64,000 nt of DNA, from positions 64,001 to 128,000 of the forward strand of contig CAWJSR010000015.1 in assembly GCA_963845515.1 (NCBI GenBank). The letters run 5' to 3'. The notes under the pieces are model-generated. The model searched no databases, was not told the origin of the DNA, and was given only the letters and a program-made list of their open reading frames with translations. How positions within the stretch are numbered: the stretch's first letter is position 1; each line of letters opens with the position of its first letter. The position numbers and the translations under genes were made by a program. Shown here one piece after another: positions 29,925 to 40,781 of the stretch. This stretch comes from an uncultured delta proteobacterium. GTDB lineage: Bacteria > Myxococcota > Myxococcia > Myxococcales > Anaeromyxobacteraceae.

Positions 29925-30935
29925 TTACACGCCTCGGCCGGGATTCGGAACCGGCGCGGTGACGCCGGGCGGGAGCGGCAGGTTCAGCCTGCGGAGGACC
30001 TCGACCAGCTCCTCCGGGAGCGGGGCGGTCAGCGAGAGGCGCTCCCCCGTGATGGGGTGCGGAAGCGACAGCTTCCACGCGTGGAGGAACATGCGCCTCA
30101 GCCCCCATCGCGTCCGGGCGGCCCGGTTGAACGGGAAGTCGCCGTAGCGCTTGTCGCCCGCCACCGGGTGGCCGGCGGCCTCGAGGTGGCGCCGGATCTG
30201 GTGCGTCCGTCCCGTCTCGATCGCGACCTGCAGGAGCGTGGCCTCCTTCATGGAGGCGAGCACCTTCCAGCGGGTGAGCGCCTCCTGGAAGTTCACGCCG
30301 CGCATCGACTTCGACTTTCCGGTCTGCTCGTGCTCGGAGAGCGGCAGGTCGATGGTCCCGGTGTCGCGCGACATCTTCCCCTTGGCGAGGGCGAGGTAGC
30401 TCTTCGAGACCCCCGCGCCCGAGGTGAAGAGCTCGGTGAGCCGAACCATCGCCTTCCTGTTCTTGGCCACCAGGATCACGCCGGAGGTGTCCCGGTCGAG
30501 CCGGTGGGCCGGGGACGGCTTGAACTCCTGCGGCGGCACGTCGGCGGGGACGCGCAGGTACGCGCGCGCCATCTCGACCATCGTCGCCCCCTCGATCCCC
30601 GTCCCGGGATGGGCCGCGAGGCCCGCCGGCTTGTCGACCGCCAGCAGGTCGCCGTCCTCGTACAGGACGCGGAAGGTGACCCTGACGCCGGCGTGGCTCG
30701 GCTGGCTCCCCTTCGGCTCCTGCGCCGCGAGCAGCTTGTCGGCGTCGCCGCGGATGAAGACCTTGTCACCGGCCGCGAGCAGCTGCTCCGCCTTCCCGCG
30801 CGAGCCGTTCACGCGGACCTGCCGCGTCCGCAGCAGCTTGTAGACGTGCGACAGCGGGACGTCCTTCAGCGCCTTGCGGACGTACTTGTCGAGCCGCTGG
30901 CCGGCGGCGTCGGGGGAGACCTCTAGCTCGATCAC
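29925..30935 (-). CDS. RluA-family 23S rRNA pseudouridine synthase with S4 domain
   Basis: GQRLDK S4 domain, HRLDRDTSG, TGRTHQIR, LHAWKL. Confidence 0.93.
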   Translation of the reverse strand: MIELEVSPDAAGQRLDKYVRKALKDVPLSHVYKLLRTRQVRVNGSRGKAEQLLAAGDKVFIRGDADKLLAAQEPKGSQPSHAGVRVTFRVLYEDGDLLAVDKPAGLAAHPGTGIEGATMVEMARAYLRVPADVPPQEFKPSPAHRLDRDTSGVILVAKNRKAMVRLTELFTSGAGVSKSYLALAKGKMSRDTGTIDLPLSEHEQTGKSKSMRGVNFQEALTRWKVLASMKEATLLQVAIETGRTHQIRRHLEAAGHPVAGDKRYGDFPFNRAARTRWGLRRMFLHAWKLSLPHPITGERLSLTAPLPEELVEVLRRLNLPLPPGVTAPVPNPGRGV

Positions 30936-30944
30936 GGCGCGGTT

Positions 30945-31937
30945 CTACAGCAACTCGAGCTGCCGCGTCTCGCGCAGCGGCTCCGCGCGGATGCCCAGCT
31001 TCCGGAGGGCCGCCGCCAGCTCCTCCTCGAAGCCGTGCACCGTGAAGACCCGTGACGCGCCGGTCTCGCGGGCGTAGCGCAGGAGCGCCGGGTAGTCGGC
31101 GTGATCCGAGAGCGGGAAGGCCGCGTCTGCGCCGCGGAAGCGCCGCCCGCCGTCGATCGCCCAGCCGGTGAGCACGGCGCTCCGGCGCTTGCGCACGCCG
31201 CGCAGCGCCGAGGTCCAGGCGAGGTGCGGCGGGGCGACCACCACCTCGTCGCGCTCAGCCCCCTCGGCCCCGAGCAGCCGCACGCTGGGCAGGGGGACCC
31301 CGTGGGCCTCGTAGATCCGGTTGATCGCGTGGACCGAAGGGTGGGCGCGAACCTTGAAGCCGAGGTCGCAGAGCCACTTCTCGACCTCCTGGGCCTTCCC
31401 CAGCGCGTATCCCAGGAGGACGGGTGTCACCCCGTCGGAGAGCGCGTCCTCGACGAACTTGCGGACCCCGGCGAGGACCTCCTCCTTCGGGGGGAAGGAG
31501 TAGTGGGGGTGACCGAACGTCGACTCCATCACCAGGACGTCGCACGGGACCGTCTCCGCCCGCTCCGCCGCGTGCGTCGGCTCTAGGCAGAAGTCCCCCG
31601 TGTACCCCAGCGCGACGCCGGCTCGCAGCACGCGGAGCTGGGCGGATCCCAGGACGTGGCCCGCCGGGAAGAGCTCGAGCGTCAGCTCGCCGAGGCCGAA
31701 CGGGGTCCGGTACTGCGCCGGCAGGGCCTCGGTCTTCCTGCGCCTGGGCGCACCCAGCCTGTAGCGCATGAGGTCCAGCGTCGCGGGCGTGGCGATGGCG
31801 CGATCGTGCCGCCCGAGGTGATCGCCGTGGGCGTGCGAGATGAAGGCGCACTCGGCGCGCCGGCGGGCGTCGAGCTGCAGCGACGTGCCGGCGACCCGCA
31901 GCTGCCCCCCCTCGAGCTCGATGAACGAACGGCGCAT
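30945..31937 (-). CDS. Metallo-beta-lactamase/beta-CASP nuclease (ligase-associated exonuclease-like)
   Basis: ISHAHGDH, AGHVLGSAQ, YTGD, MESTFG, LSDHADY, VHG. Confidence 0.85.
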   Translation of the reverse strand: MRRSFIELEGGQLRVAGTSLQLDARRRAECAFISHAHGDHLGRHDRAIATPATLDLMRYRLGAPRRRKTEALPAQYRTPFGLGELTLELFPAGHVLGSAQLRVLRAGVALGYTGDFCLEPTHAAERAETVPCDVLVMESTFGHPHYSFPPKEEVLAGVRKFVEDALSDGVTPVLLGYALGKAQEVEKWLCDLGFKVRAHPSVHAINRIYEAHGVPLPSVRLLGAEGAERDEVVVAPPHLAWTSALRGVRKRRSAVLTGWAIDGGRRFRGADAAFPLSDHADYPALLRYARETGASRVFTVHGFEEELAAALRKLGIRAEPLRETRQLELL

Positions 31938-32054
31938 TTGCCCGGGTTATCTACCCCGGGCCGCCGACACCGCCACCATCACCCGGGTTGCGGCGCCGCG
32001 CCCCGTTGACGGGACGCCCCGTGCGCGCGCAGGATTCGAGGATACCGCCAAGGG

Positions 32055-32672
32055 GTGGGGGCCGTGTCCGAGTTCATCGTCAACGCACGTCACACGCCGC
32101 GCGCGCTGGTCAGGTGCCAGGCTCGGGCACCGCTGCTCGGCGGCGGCTTCTGGTCTTCGGACACCGAGGACATCGGGCCGCGCGGGTGCCAGCTCGTCGC
32201 GCCGGCGCGCTTCACTCCGGGCGAGGGGATCGAGCTCGAGCTCACGAGCGAGCGGGTCCTGGACCCGCTCTGGGTCGGCGGGCGGATCGCATGGGCCGCC
32301 GACGAGCCGCCCTGGCGCGTCGGGATAGCGTTCTCCGACCAGGACCAGGACGCCGCCGCGCGCTGGTTCGACCGGCTCGTAGCCGCCTTCCCCGGGCTCG
32401 ATGGCTCGCTGCTCGCGCCGAAGCGGATCGCGGCGGACGCCGACATCTACCTCGGCCGGGCGCCACGCCTGCTCCCGCCCCTCGTCCCGCAGGAGGTCGC
32501 TGTCCTGCGCGCCGTCGGGACCGGCATCAAGGCGACGGAGCTCCGCGCGAAGCTGGGGGCGGACTGGGAGAACAGCAAGGGAGCGCTCTTCGCGCTCATC
32601 GGCCGGCGCTTCCTCACCCTGACCGCGTCCGAGGCCGCCGGCCCGGACGCCTGGGCCAGCTACCTCGGCTGA
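32055..32672 (+). CDS. PilZ-domain protein
   Basis: RHTPR (RxxxR) and DIGPRG (DxSxxG-like) motifs. Confidence 0.75.
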   Translation: MGAVSEFIVNARHTPRALVRCQARAPLLGGGFWSSDTEDIGPRGCQLVAPARFTPGEGIELELTSERVLDPLWVGGRIAWAADEPPWRVGIAFSDQDQDAAARWFDRLVAAFPGLDGSLLAPKRIAADADIYLGRAPRLLPPLVPQEVAVLRAVGTGIKATELRAKLGADWENSKGALFALIGRRFLTLTASEAAGPDAWASYLG

Positions 32673-33418
32673 TCCTCCTCGAACCGGTGGTGCAGCGTCA
32701 CCGGCGACGATGACGCCTTGCGCAGCCGCATGTTGAGCAGCTCGACCCCGAGCGAGAAGAACATCGCGAAGTAGATGTACCCCTTCTCGATGTGCTTCCC
32801 GAACGCCTCCGCGGTGAGCATCACGCCGATGAGGATCAGGAAGGAGAGCGCGAGGATCTTCATCGTCGGGTGGCGCTCGATGAAGTCGCCGATCGCGCCT
32901 GCGAAGATCATCATCACGCCCATCGCCAGGACCATCGCCGCCACCATGACCGGCAGGTGCTGCGACATCCCGACGGCGGTTATGACCGAGTCGAGCGAGA
33001 AGACGATGTCGAGCAGCCCGATCTGGACGACGACCGACCAGAAGGCGGCGGCGCTCACCGGCTTCGCCTCGGCGGCGTGCTGGACCTCGAGCTTGTCGTG
33101 GATCTCGACCGTCGCCTTCCCGACGAGGAAGAGGCCACCGGCGAGCAGGATGAGGTCGCGCCCGGAGACGCCGTGGCCCATCACCGCAAACAGGTCGCGG
33201 GTCAGCCCCATCACCCAGCTGATGGCGAAGAGGAGCCCGAGCCGCGTCACGAGGGCGACGACGAGCCCCAGCTTGCGGGCCTTCGGCTGCTGCTCCCTCG
33301 GGAGGCGGCCGGCGAGGATGGAGAGGAAGACGATGTTGTCGACGCCCAGGACGATCTCCATGAGGGCGAGCGTCGCGAGCGAGATCCAGGCCTCGGGGGA
33401 GCTGAGCAGTTCGAGCAT
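32660..33418 (-). CDS. TerC-family membrane protein
   Basis: MEIVLGVDNIVF, DIVFSLDSVITAVG, HPTMKILALSFL. Confidence 0.92.
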   Translation of the reverse strand: MLELLSSPEAWISLATLALMEIVLGVDNIVFLSILAGRLPREQQPKARKLGLVVALVTRLGLLFAISWVMGLTRDLFAVMGHGVSGRDLILLAGGLFLVGKATVEIHDKLEVQHAAEAKPVSAAAFWSVVVQIGLLDIVFSLDSVITAVGMSQHLPVMVAAMVLAMGVMMIFAGAIGDFIERHPTMKILALSFLILIGVMLTAEAFGKHIEKGYIYFAMFFSLGVELLNMRLRKASSSPVTLHHRFEEDQPR

Positions 33419-33459
33419 GGCGGGCAGTTCTTGCCCCATCGCAGCGCGCCTGTCGAGCG

Positions 33460-34482
33460 TCAGGACGTCGCCGACTGGCGCGCCCCGTAGCGCCAGGGCT
33501 CGTCGTCGTCGAGCAGGACCAGCTCCCCCCTCGCCGCCATCGCCTCGAGGTTGGCGACGGTCTCGGAGAGCGTGAGGAAGAGGTCTGACGGCCCGGAGGT
33601 GGGGAAGAGCTCGAGCGTCAGCTCCCACGGCGTCCGGGGTCCCGCGGTGACGTGCCCCCGCAGCCGCGCCTGCCGCCGCCCCTGGAAGCCGAGGAGCGAG
33701 TCGATCACGCGCCGGTGGTCGCCGAAGGGCGGGCCGTGGCCCGGGAGGACCGCGTCCAGCGCAAGCTCGCGGACCTTCCGTATGCTCACGTCGTACGCGA
33801 CGAGCGGCCGGAACCAGCCCGGCGCGTCCCCGGGACCCAGGTCGATGAGCGGGTTCGGCGAGATCCGCTCCAGCAGGTGATCGCCGGAGAGGAGCAGCCC
33901 GTGCTCGGCGTCGTGCAGGACCACCAGCCCCGGAGTGTGACCCGGCGCGTGGATCACGCGCAGCGCCACGTGGCGGCCTTCGAACACCTGGCCGTCCGAG
34001 AGCGGCTCGGTCCGGGCGACTCCCGGCGCGATCTCGTAGGCGGGCGCGCTTCGCGCCATCGCGGCCTCCGCAAGCGCCGGCGGGACGCCCAGCCGCACGA
34101 GGTGGCGCGCGTAGGCGCCGGAGTGCTCGCTGAAGACCCAGCCCCCCTCGGTGAGCTTCGGCGCGTCCACTGGATGGGCGAAGACGGGCACCTCGCGCCC
34201 GGCTCGCTCCTGGACGTACCGCGCCCCGCCGAAGTGGTCCACGTGACCGTGCGTGACGACTATTCGGCGGACGTCCTCGTACCGGAGGCCGAGCCGCTGG
34301 AAGCCTGCGTCGAGCGCCGCGCCCCCCTCTGCCACCGCGAGCCCCGTGTCGACCATCAGGAGGCCGCCGCCCTCCTCCTCGACGACGTAGGCGTTCGCCG
34401 GTCCGCCGGCGTGCAGGAACGGGACGGGCACGGGGATCCGATGCACCCCGAGCTTCGCGACGGCGCGACCGATCTCGTTCAC
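33460..34482 (-). CDS. Metallo-beta-lactamase-fold hydrolase
   Basis: THGHVDHFG, PGHTPG, SGDH, LPGHG; GTGA overlap with etfA. Confidence 0.88.
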   Translation of the reverse strand: MNEIGRAVAKLGVHRIPVPVPFLHAGGPANAYVVEEEGGGLLMVDTGLAVAEGGAALDAGFQRLGLRYEDVRRIVVTHGHVDHFGGARYVQERAGREVPVFAHPVDAPKLTEGGWVFSEHSGAYARHLVRLGVPPALAEAAMARSAPAYEIAPGVARTEPLSDGQVFEGRHVALRVIHAPGHTPGLVVLHDAEHGLLLSGDHLLERISPNPLIDLGPGDAPGWFRPLVAYDVSIRKVRELALDAVLPGHGPPFGDHRRVIDSLLGFQGRRQARLRGHVTAGPRTPWELTLELFPTSGPSDLFLTLSETVANLEAMAARGELVLLDDDEPWRYGARQSATS

Positions 34483-35441
34483 CGGCTCGCCTTCACCCTG
34501 GCGAGCAGCGCGGGGAGCGCCTCGAAGAGGTCGGCGACGAGCCCGTAGTCGGCGACCTGGAAGATCGGGGCGTCTGCGTCCTTGTTGACTGCGACGATGA
34601 CCTTCGAGCCCTTCATGCCCGCGACGTGCTGGATCTGCCCTGAGATCCCGGCGGCTATGTAGAGGTCCGGCGCGACGACCTTGCCTGTCTGCCCCACCTG
34701 GAGGTCGTTCGGCACCCAGCCTGCGTCGACCGCGGCCCGGCTCGCTCCGATCGCGCCACCGAGCTCGTCGGCGAGCGCCTCGATCGGGCCGAAGTTCCCC
34801 TTCGTCCCGCGACCGCCGGACACCACCACCCGCGCCTCGGTCAGCTCCGGCCGCTCGCTCTTCACCGGCTGGAAGGAGACGAAGCGGATCTTCCCGGCCG
34901 CCGGACCGTCGACCCCCTTCGCCACCACGACCGAGCCGCCGGGCGCCAGGCCAGCGGGCGCGAACTCGGTGGGGCGGATGGTGAGCACCTTCACTGGCGT
35001 CGCGATCTCGACCTCGGCCATGACATTGCCGGCCCACATCGGCCGGCGCAGCGTCACCGAGCCCCCCTCGCCGCCGAACGCGAGGACGTCGGTCGCCGCC
35101 CCCGCCCCGAGCCGCGCCGCGACCCGCGGCAGCAGGTCCTTGCCCTGCGCGGTCGCGGCGCCGACGATCCAGGTGGCCGGGATGGCGCGAGCCAGCTCAG
35201 CGATCGTCGGCGCGTGCTGCTCTGCGAGGTACGGCGCGAAGCGCGGCTCGTCGACGGCGTGCACGATCGCCCCCGCCGCCGCTGCCTCCGCCGCCGCCGC
35301 GGCCAGGTCGCCGCCGAGGAGCGCGGCATGGAGCCTCCCGCCGGTGCGCGCGGCGAGCTGCTGGCCGGCGCCCAGGGCGCAGCGCGCCGCCTTTCGGAGC
35401 GTGCCGCTCGCGTGTTCGAGGACGACGAGGACGTCGGACAT
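34479..35441 (-). CDS. etfA: Electron transfer flavoprotein alpha subunit
   Basis: [30 protein letters not shown]. Confidence 0.95.
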   Translation of the reverse strand: MSDVLVVLEHASGTLRKAARCALGAGQQLAARTGGRLHAALLGGDLAAAAAEAAAAGAIVHAVDEPRFAPYLAEQHAPTIAELARAIPATWIVGAATAQGKDLLPRVAARLGAGAATDVLAFGGEGGSVTLRRPMWAGNVMAEVEIATPVKVLTIRPTEFAPAGLAPGGSVVVAKGVDGPAAGKIRFVSFQPVKSERPELTEARVVVSGGRGTKGNFGPIEALADELGGAIGASRAAVDAGWVPNDLQVGQTGKVVAPDLYIAAGISGQIQHVAGMKGSKVIVAVNKDADAPIFQVADYGLVADLFEALPALLARVKASR

Positions 35442-35457
35442 TGTCTCGCTCCGTTCG

Positions 35458-36262
35458 CTACAGGACCTTGGCCTCGTCGTGCAGCCGCCGCCAGAGCTCC
35501 TCGACGTCGGCGACCTTGACGCCACCCTTGCGCGCGGCCGGGGCGGAGAGCCCGAGCACCACCACCTTCGGCGCGATGTCCGAGGCGACCGACGCCGCGG
35601 GGAGCCGGGGGATGACGGCCTTCTTCGACTTCATGATCCCGGGGAGGGAGGCGAAGCGTGGCTTGTTGAGCCGCAGGTCGCAGGTGACGACCGCGGGCAG
35701 GTCGAGCGACACGATCTCGACGCCGCCGTCCACCTCGCGGGTCACCTCGACCGACCTCCCGTCCGCCGGAGAGCAGGAGCCCCGGCTGCCGCTTCTTCTC
35801 GGCCTCGCTCTCCAGGCTCTCCACCTTCGACGCGCAGGTGGCCTGCGGCAGGCCGAGCCGCTCGGCGAGGTACTGGCCCACCTGGTTCTGGTCGTCGTCG
35901 ATCGACTGCTTCCCCAGCAGGGCGAGGTCCGGCTTCTCCTGCGCGAAGACACCGGCGAGGAGCGCCGAGACCGCCGGCGGATCGAGCGGACCGTCGTGCA
36001 GCACGAGGAGGCCGCGGTCGGCCCCCATCGCGACGGCGGCCTTCACCTCGGCGATGGACGCCTCGCCACCGATCGCGACGGCCACGACCTCGCCGCCGTG
36101 CTTCTCCCGGAGCCGCAGCGCCTCCTCGACGGCGATCTCGTCGAAGGGGTTCATCCGGTAGTTCACGCCATCGGTGACGATGCCGGCGCCGTCCGGCCGG
36201 ACGTGTATCCGCGACTCGGGGTCCTCGACGCGCTTGGCTGTGACCAGGATCTTGAGTGACAT
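35458..36262 (-). CDS. etfB: Electron transfer flavoprotein beta subunit (frameshift near 35765)
   Basis: MNPFDEIAVEEAL, LGKQSIDDDQNQVG, then VTREVDGG...LPAVVTCDLRLNKPR in another frame. Confidence 0.92.
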
Positions 36263-36498
36263 CGGGGGGCTCCAGCCGCGGCGGGCGGTCGACGGACCGG
36301 GGATCATGCGCGGCGTTCCGGCGCGTCGCAACCCCAATCAGTCCCAGCGTTTTTCGAGCCCGCCTGCCGCCCGACGCCGGGCGTACCACGCCCCGAATGG
36401 GCATACACTTCACGTCATTTCGCCAGTTCACCACCGGGCATGACAAGATGTGCGGTCTGTCGTCACCACAACTTCTTACGTCTCAAAGGGGAAATACC

Positions 36499-36984
36499 AT
36501 GCGCTACGCGCTCGCCATCGCCGCCGCCGCCCTGCTCTCCGTCGCTTCGACCGCCTCCGCCCAGGGGATCAAGGGGACGGGCAGCTACGGCACCGCCGGC
36601 TGCGGTCTCGGCTCGCTCGTCTTCGGCAACCAGCCCGGCGCCATCCAGATCCTCGCGGCCACCACCAACGGCACGTTCGCCAGCCAGACCTTCGGCATCA
36701 CCACCGGCACCTCCAACTGCGGGCCCGGCCTGGTCGCGCAGGGGACGAAGAACTTCGTCGAGGCGAACCGCGAGACGCTCGCCAAGGACATGTCCCGCGG
36801 CCAGGGCGAGACGATCGGCGCGCTGACCGTCATGGCCGGCTGCTCCGACTCGCACCAGGTCGGCGCGGTCCTCCAGTCCAACTACGGCCGGATCTTCACG
36901 AGCGAGCAGGCTACGAGCGACGACGTCGCCAAGGCGCTCATCGAGGCGCTGAAGGCCGACAAGGCGCTCGGCTGCCAGATCTAG
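36499..36984 (+). CDS. DUF3015-family secreted protein
   Basis: Signal peptide; AGCGLGS, ATTNGT, QTFGITTGTSNC, DMSRGQGE. Confidence 0.88.
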   Translation: MRYALAIAAAALLSVASTASAQGIKGTGSYGTAGCGLGSLVFGNQPGAIQILAATTNGTFASQTFGITTGTSNCGPGLVAQGTKNFVEANRETLAKDMSRGQGETIGALTVMAGCSDSHQVGAVLQSNYGRIFTSEQATSDDVAKALIEALKADKALGCQI

Positions 36985-37006
36985 CCAGGGCGATCCAGTC
37001 GAGCTG

Positions 37007-37040
37007 CGGAGGGGAGTCCTCGCGAGAGGGCTCCCCTTCG
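37007..37040 (+). terminator. Stem-loop after DUF3015 gene (terminator or stabiliser)
   Basis: gaggggagtcctc-gcga-gagggctcccctt hairpin; weak U-tail. Confidence 0.45.
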
Positions 37041-39010
37041 TGTATCCAGAGCCAGCGTGCTCTCACTCCTCGCACCGCTCTGTCACCGCGCTCGCCCTCT
37101 CGGCGCCGCCTCCGGCCGCCGCTCCGGATCCGGTCGTGTCCGCGGCTCCGGACCCGGCCTACCTCGCCGAGCTCCAGGCCCGCGCGCGGGAGCTTCGGCT
37201 CGCCGACGAGCCGGGGTGGCTTCGGCTGGGCCACTGGCGCCCTCGCCTCCTCGGGGGGTGGGAGGGCGAGGCGGACGGGCGCGAGTTCTACCTGGCGAAG
37301 GACGGGAAGGCCGCCCCGGCCTCAGAGCTCCAGGCGACGCTCGCCGGCTTCTTCGACGCCGCGTCGCCGAAGGCGGACGAGCTCGACGACGCCCAGTGCC
37401 GCTTTCCGGCCCGCTTCGCGTGGCTCGCGGGGAAGCTGGGGTTCGACCTCGCGCGGCTTCCGCCGCGGCGCTGCAAGCGGTTCGACGAGTTCTACGAACG
37501 GCTTCAGGCGACCGGGGCGACGCTCGTCTTCTCCTCCTGGTACCTCAACAACCCGTCGAGCGCCTTCGGCCACACCTTCCTGCGGCTCGACAAGGCCGGG
37601 GTGGCGACAGCCGGCCGCGACGCGGAGCTGCTCGACTACGGCGTCAACTACTCGGCGAACCCGGAGAACACCAACTTCCTGTCCTACGCCGTCCGCGGGC
37701 TGCTCGGCGGCTTCAGGGGCGAGTTCAGCCACTACCCGTACTACTACAAGGTCCGGGAGTACGCGGAGTACGAGTCGCGCGATCTCTGGGAGTACGATCT
37801 CGCGCTCACCCCCGGCGAGGTCGCGATGCTCGTCGGGCACCTCTGGGAGCTTGGCGGCACGTGGTTCGAGTACTGGTACCTCCACGAGAACTGCTCCTAC
37901 CACGTGCTCGCCGCGATCGAGGCCGCGGCCCCGCGGCTCGACCTCCTCTCTCACGTCGGCCGGATCGTCCTCCCCTCCGACACCGTGAAGGCGCTCTTCT
38001 GGAATCCCGGGCTCGTGCGCCAGGTCCAGTACCGCCCCTCGCTCCGCAGGGTCACCGACGCGCGGCTCGGCCTCCTCGACGGCGCGGAGCTCGAGCTGGT
38101 CGAGCCCCTGCTCGGCGCCCCCGCCCTCCCCTTCCCGGCCACGCTTCCTCCCCCGAGACAGGCGGCCGTCCTGGACGCCGCGCTCGATCTGCTCGACCTG
38201 CGCCGCGGCAAGCCGATGCTGATCGGCGCCGACCCGCAGGCCGCCGCTGCGCGCCAGGCGCTCCTCACGCGCCGCAGCGAGGTGCGGGTACAGAGCCCGC
38301 GGCTCGAGCTGGAGCCGCCGGTCAGCAGCCGGCCGGAGCTCGGCCACGCCATGCATCGCGCCGGCGCTGGGGCCGGCGTCCTGGGCAAGGTCGGGCCGGT
38401 GGCGATCGCGGACCTGCGGCTCTCGCTACACGACCTGGCCGACCCGACCGCCGGCTACCCCCCCTACTCCCAGATCGAGTTCCTGCCGGTCCGCGCGGCG
38501 CTCTCGACACGCACCGGCCGGCTCGAGGCGCTCGACGCCTCGCTCGTCCGGATCGTGTCGCTCAACGAGCTCACGCGCTTCGAGCAGCGCCCCTCGTGGC
38601 ACATGCGGCTGGGCGCCGACCTGATCCGCGACGGCGGCTGCGATCGCTGCGTCGCCGCCGTGGCGGAGGGAGGGACCGGCTTCTCGGCCCTCGGGCTCCT
38701 CGGGGGGCTCGATCTCAGCGCCGGTGTCGACGGAGTGGTCGACTGGTCGCCGCGGCTGGACGGCGTCGGGGAGGCCCGGGTCCGGCTCGGCGGAGGGCCC
38801 GCGGCACTGGCCCGCGTCCGGCTCGGCGAGCGGCTCAGCCTCGTCGCAAACGGCCGTTACCTCTTCCTGCCGTACACGGCGCTCCACCGGAGCTGGTCGA
38901 CCGGGGCGGAGGCTCGCGTCCACCTGGGACGGCGCTTCTCGGTCGCCGCGACCTGGCGGCTCGACCCCACCGATTGGCTCGCGGGCGCCCTGCTGCTCGG
39001 TTACTTCTGA
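37040..39010 (+). CDS. DUF4105 / Lnb-like N-terminal domain protein with C-terminal beta-rich region
   Basis: NNPSSAFGHTFLR, ESRDLWEYDL, YWYLHENCSY; start uncertain. Confidence 0.82.
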   Translation: MYPEPACSHSSHRSVTALALSAPPPAAAPDPVVSAAPDPAYLAELQARARELRLADEPGWLRLGHWRPRLLGGWEGEADGREFYLAKDGKAAPASELQATLAGFFDAASPKADELDDAQCRFPARFAWLAGKLGFDLARLPPRRCKRFDEFYERLQATGATLVFSSWYLNNPSSAFGHTFLRLDKAGVATAGRDAELLDYGVNYSANPENTNFLSYAVRGLLGGFRGEFSHYPYYYKVREYAEYESRDLWEYDLALTPGEVAMLVGHLWELGGTWFEYWYLHENCSYHVLAAIEAAAPRLDLLSHVGRIVLPSDTVKALFWNPGLVRQVQYRPSLRRVTDARLGLLDGAELELVEPLLGAPALPFPATLPPPRQAAVLDAALDLLDLRRGKPMLIGADPQAAAARQALLTRRSEVRVQSPRLELEPPVSSRPELGHAMHRAGAGAGVLGKVGPVAIADLRLSLHDLADPTAGYPPYSQIEFLPVRAALSTRTGRLEALDASLVRIVSLNELTRFEQRPSWHMRLGADLIRDGGCDRCVAAVAEGGTGFSALGLLGGLDLSAGVDGVVDWSPRLDGVGEARVRLGGGPAALARVRLGERLSLVANGRYLFLPYTALHRSWSTGAEARVHLGRRFSVAATWRLDPTDWLAGALLLGYF

Positions 39011-39173
39011 CGCCGCGATCCCCTCCCCCACCGGGTGGCGACCGCCGCGCTGCTCGGAGTATCATGCGCGTCCCCCGAAACACCCGGGGCCGCCGGCTCG
39101 CTCGGTCGAGGCAGCGGGCCCGAACGCCTCCCGCGCCTCCGGCGCGCAAGGGGCGACGAGAGGCAACGACACG

Positions 39174-40781
39174 ATGGACAGGAAGCTCCTCAGCGGAGAC
39201 GAGGCGGTAGCAGCGGCGGCGCTCGACGCCGGCGTACACCTTGGGACCGGCTACCCGGGCACCCCCTCCACCGAGATCCTCGAGACCTTCAGCGCCCTCG
39301 GCGGGCGCGCACAGTGGGCGCCCAACGAGAAGGTGGCGCTCGAGGTCGGTCTCGGCGCGGCGTACGGCGGCGCTCGGGTCCTCGTCACGATGAAGCACGT
39401 CGGCGTCAACGTGGCGGCCGACCCGCTCTTCACGGCGGCCTACACCGGCGTCACCGGCGGCCTCGTCCTGGTCTCGGCCGACGATCCGGGGCTGGCCTCG
39501 TCGCAGAACGAGCAGGACAATCGGCACTACGCGAAGGCGGCCGGCCTCCCGATGCTCGAGCCGTCCGACTCGCAGGAGGCCTACGACCTCGCCCGCGCGG
39601 CCTTCGAGCTCTCCGAGCGCTGGCAGCTCCCCGTCATGCTCCGCATGACGACCCGGGTCTGCCACGGCAAGTCGATCGTCGTCCGGCGCGCCGCCGAGAC
39701 TCCGAAGGCGCCCCGGTTCGTGCGCGACATCGTCGGGCGCGTGATGATCCCCGCCTACGCCAGGCCCGCCCACCGGCGGCTCCGCAAGAAGCTGGACGAG
39801 ATCCAGGCGTGGGGCGAGTCCTCGCCGCTCGTCGTCGAGCGGAAGGGGGCCGGCAGACTCGGCATCGTCACCGCCGGGATCACGGCCCGCCACGCGCGGG
39901 AGGCTGCCCCCGACGCAAGCATGCTGGAGCTCAAGCTCCTCCACCCGCTCCCGATCGAGCGGATCCGCGCCTTCGCCAGGTCGGTGGAGCGCTGCTTCGT
40001 CGTCGAGGAGGGCGATCCCATCTTCGCCGACGCCATCCGCGCGGCGGGCATCCAGGTCGAGTCGAAGGCCAACGACTTCCGGTTCGGCGAGATGAACGTC
40101 GAGCGGGTCCGGCGCGTCCTCGGGTTCGACTCGACGCCGGAGCCGGTTCCGCCCAAGGGGAAGCCTCCCCAGCTCTGCGACGCCTGCCCATACCACCCGG
40201 TCTACTCCGCCCTCCGGAAGCTCGACTGCATCGTGGCCGGCGACATCGGGTGCTACACGCTCGGCGTCCTGCCGCCCTACCAGGGGCTCGACACCTGCGT
40301 GGCGATGGGGGCCTCGCTCGGCGTAGGGCTCGGGCTGCGCCACGTGCTCCCCGAGCAGGACGCACGGCGCGTCGTCTCGCTGATCGGCGACTCGACCTTC
40401 GTCCACACCGGCGTCAACGGCCTCATCGAGATGATCTACAACCCGCCGAAGACCGGGCACGTCCTGATCATCCTCGACAACGGCACGACCGCCATGACCG
40501 GCCAGCAGGAACATCCCGGCACCGGCCGCACCCTCGACCACGAGGCGACCGGCAAGCTGTCGCTGGAGGGGCTCGCCCGAGCGCTCGGCGTGAAGAACGT
40601 CGACGTGATCGACCCGGTGAAGGACCCGCCGGGCTTCCTGAAGCTGCTGGGCGACCGGCTCGCGGTGCCCGAGCTGACGGTCATCATCGCCCGCAGGCCG
40701 TGCATCCTCGCGGCCGCGGACATCCGGCAGTACGAGCAGCAGAACGCCGCGAAGTGCAGCGCGGTCGCGGTGGAGGGGTGA
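39174..40781 (+). CDS. iorA: Indolepyruvate:ferredoxin oxidoreductase alpha subunit
   Basis: GYPGTPSTE, NEKVALE, MKHVGVNVAAD, GDIGCYTL, IGDSTF, DNGTTAMTG. Confidence 0.93.
   Translation: MDRKLLSGDEAVAAAALDAGVHLGTGYPGTPSTEILETFSALGGRAQWAPNEKVALEVGLGAAYGGARVLVTMKHVGVNVAADPLFTAAYTGVTGGLVLVSADDPGLASSQNEQDNRHYAKAAGLPMLEPSDSQEAYDLARAAFELSERWQLPVMLRMTTRVCHGKSIVVRRAAETPKAPRFVRDIVGRVMIPAYARPAHRRLRKKLDEIQAWGESSPLVVERKGAGRLGIVTAGITARHAREAAPDASMLELKLLHPLPIERIRAFARSVERCFVVEEGDPIFADAIRAAGIQVESKANDFRFGEMNVERVRRVLGFDSTPEPVPPKGKPPQLCDACPYHPVYSALRKLDCIVAGDIGCYTLGVLPPYQGLDTCVAMGASLGVGLGLRHVLPEQDARRVVSLIGDSTFVHTGVNGLIEMIYNPPKTGHVLIILDNGTTAMTGQQEHPGTGRTLDHEATGKLSLEGLARALGVKNVDVIDPVKDPPGFLKLLGDRLAVPELTVIIARRPCILAAADIRQYEQQNAAKCSAVAVEG

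Noticed and set aside
27522..30926. 1134-aa plus-strand ORF and similar long antisense ORFs (e.g. 41271-43925, 25314-27257)
   Set aside because: Shadow frames of well-supported genes on the opposite strand, expected in high-GC DNA
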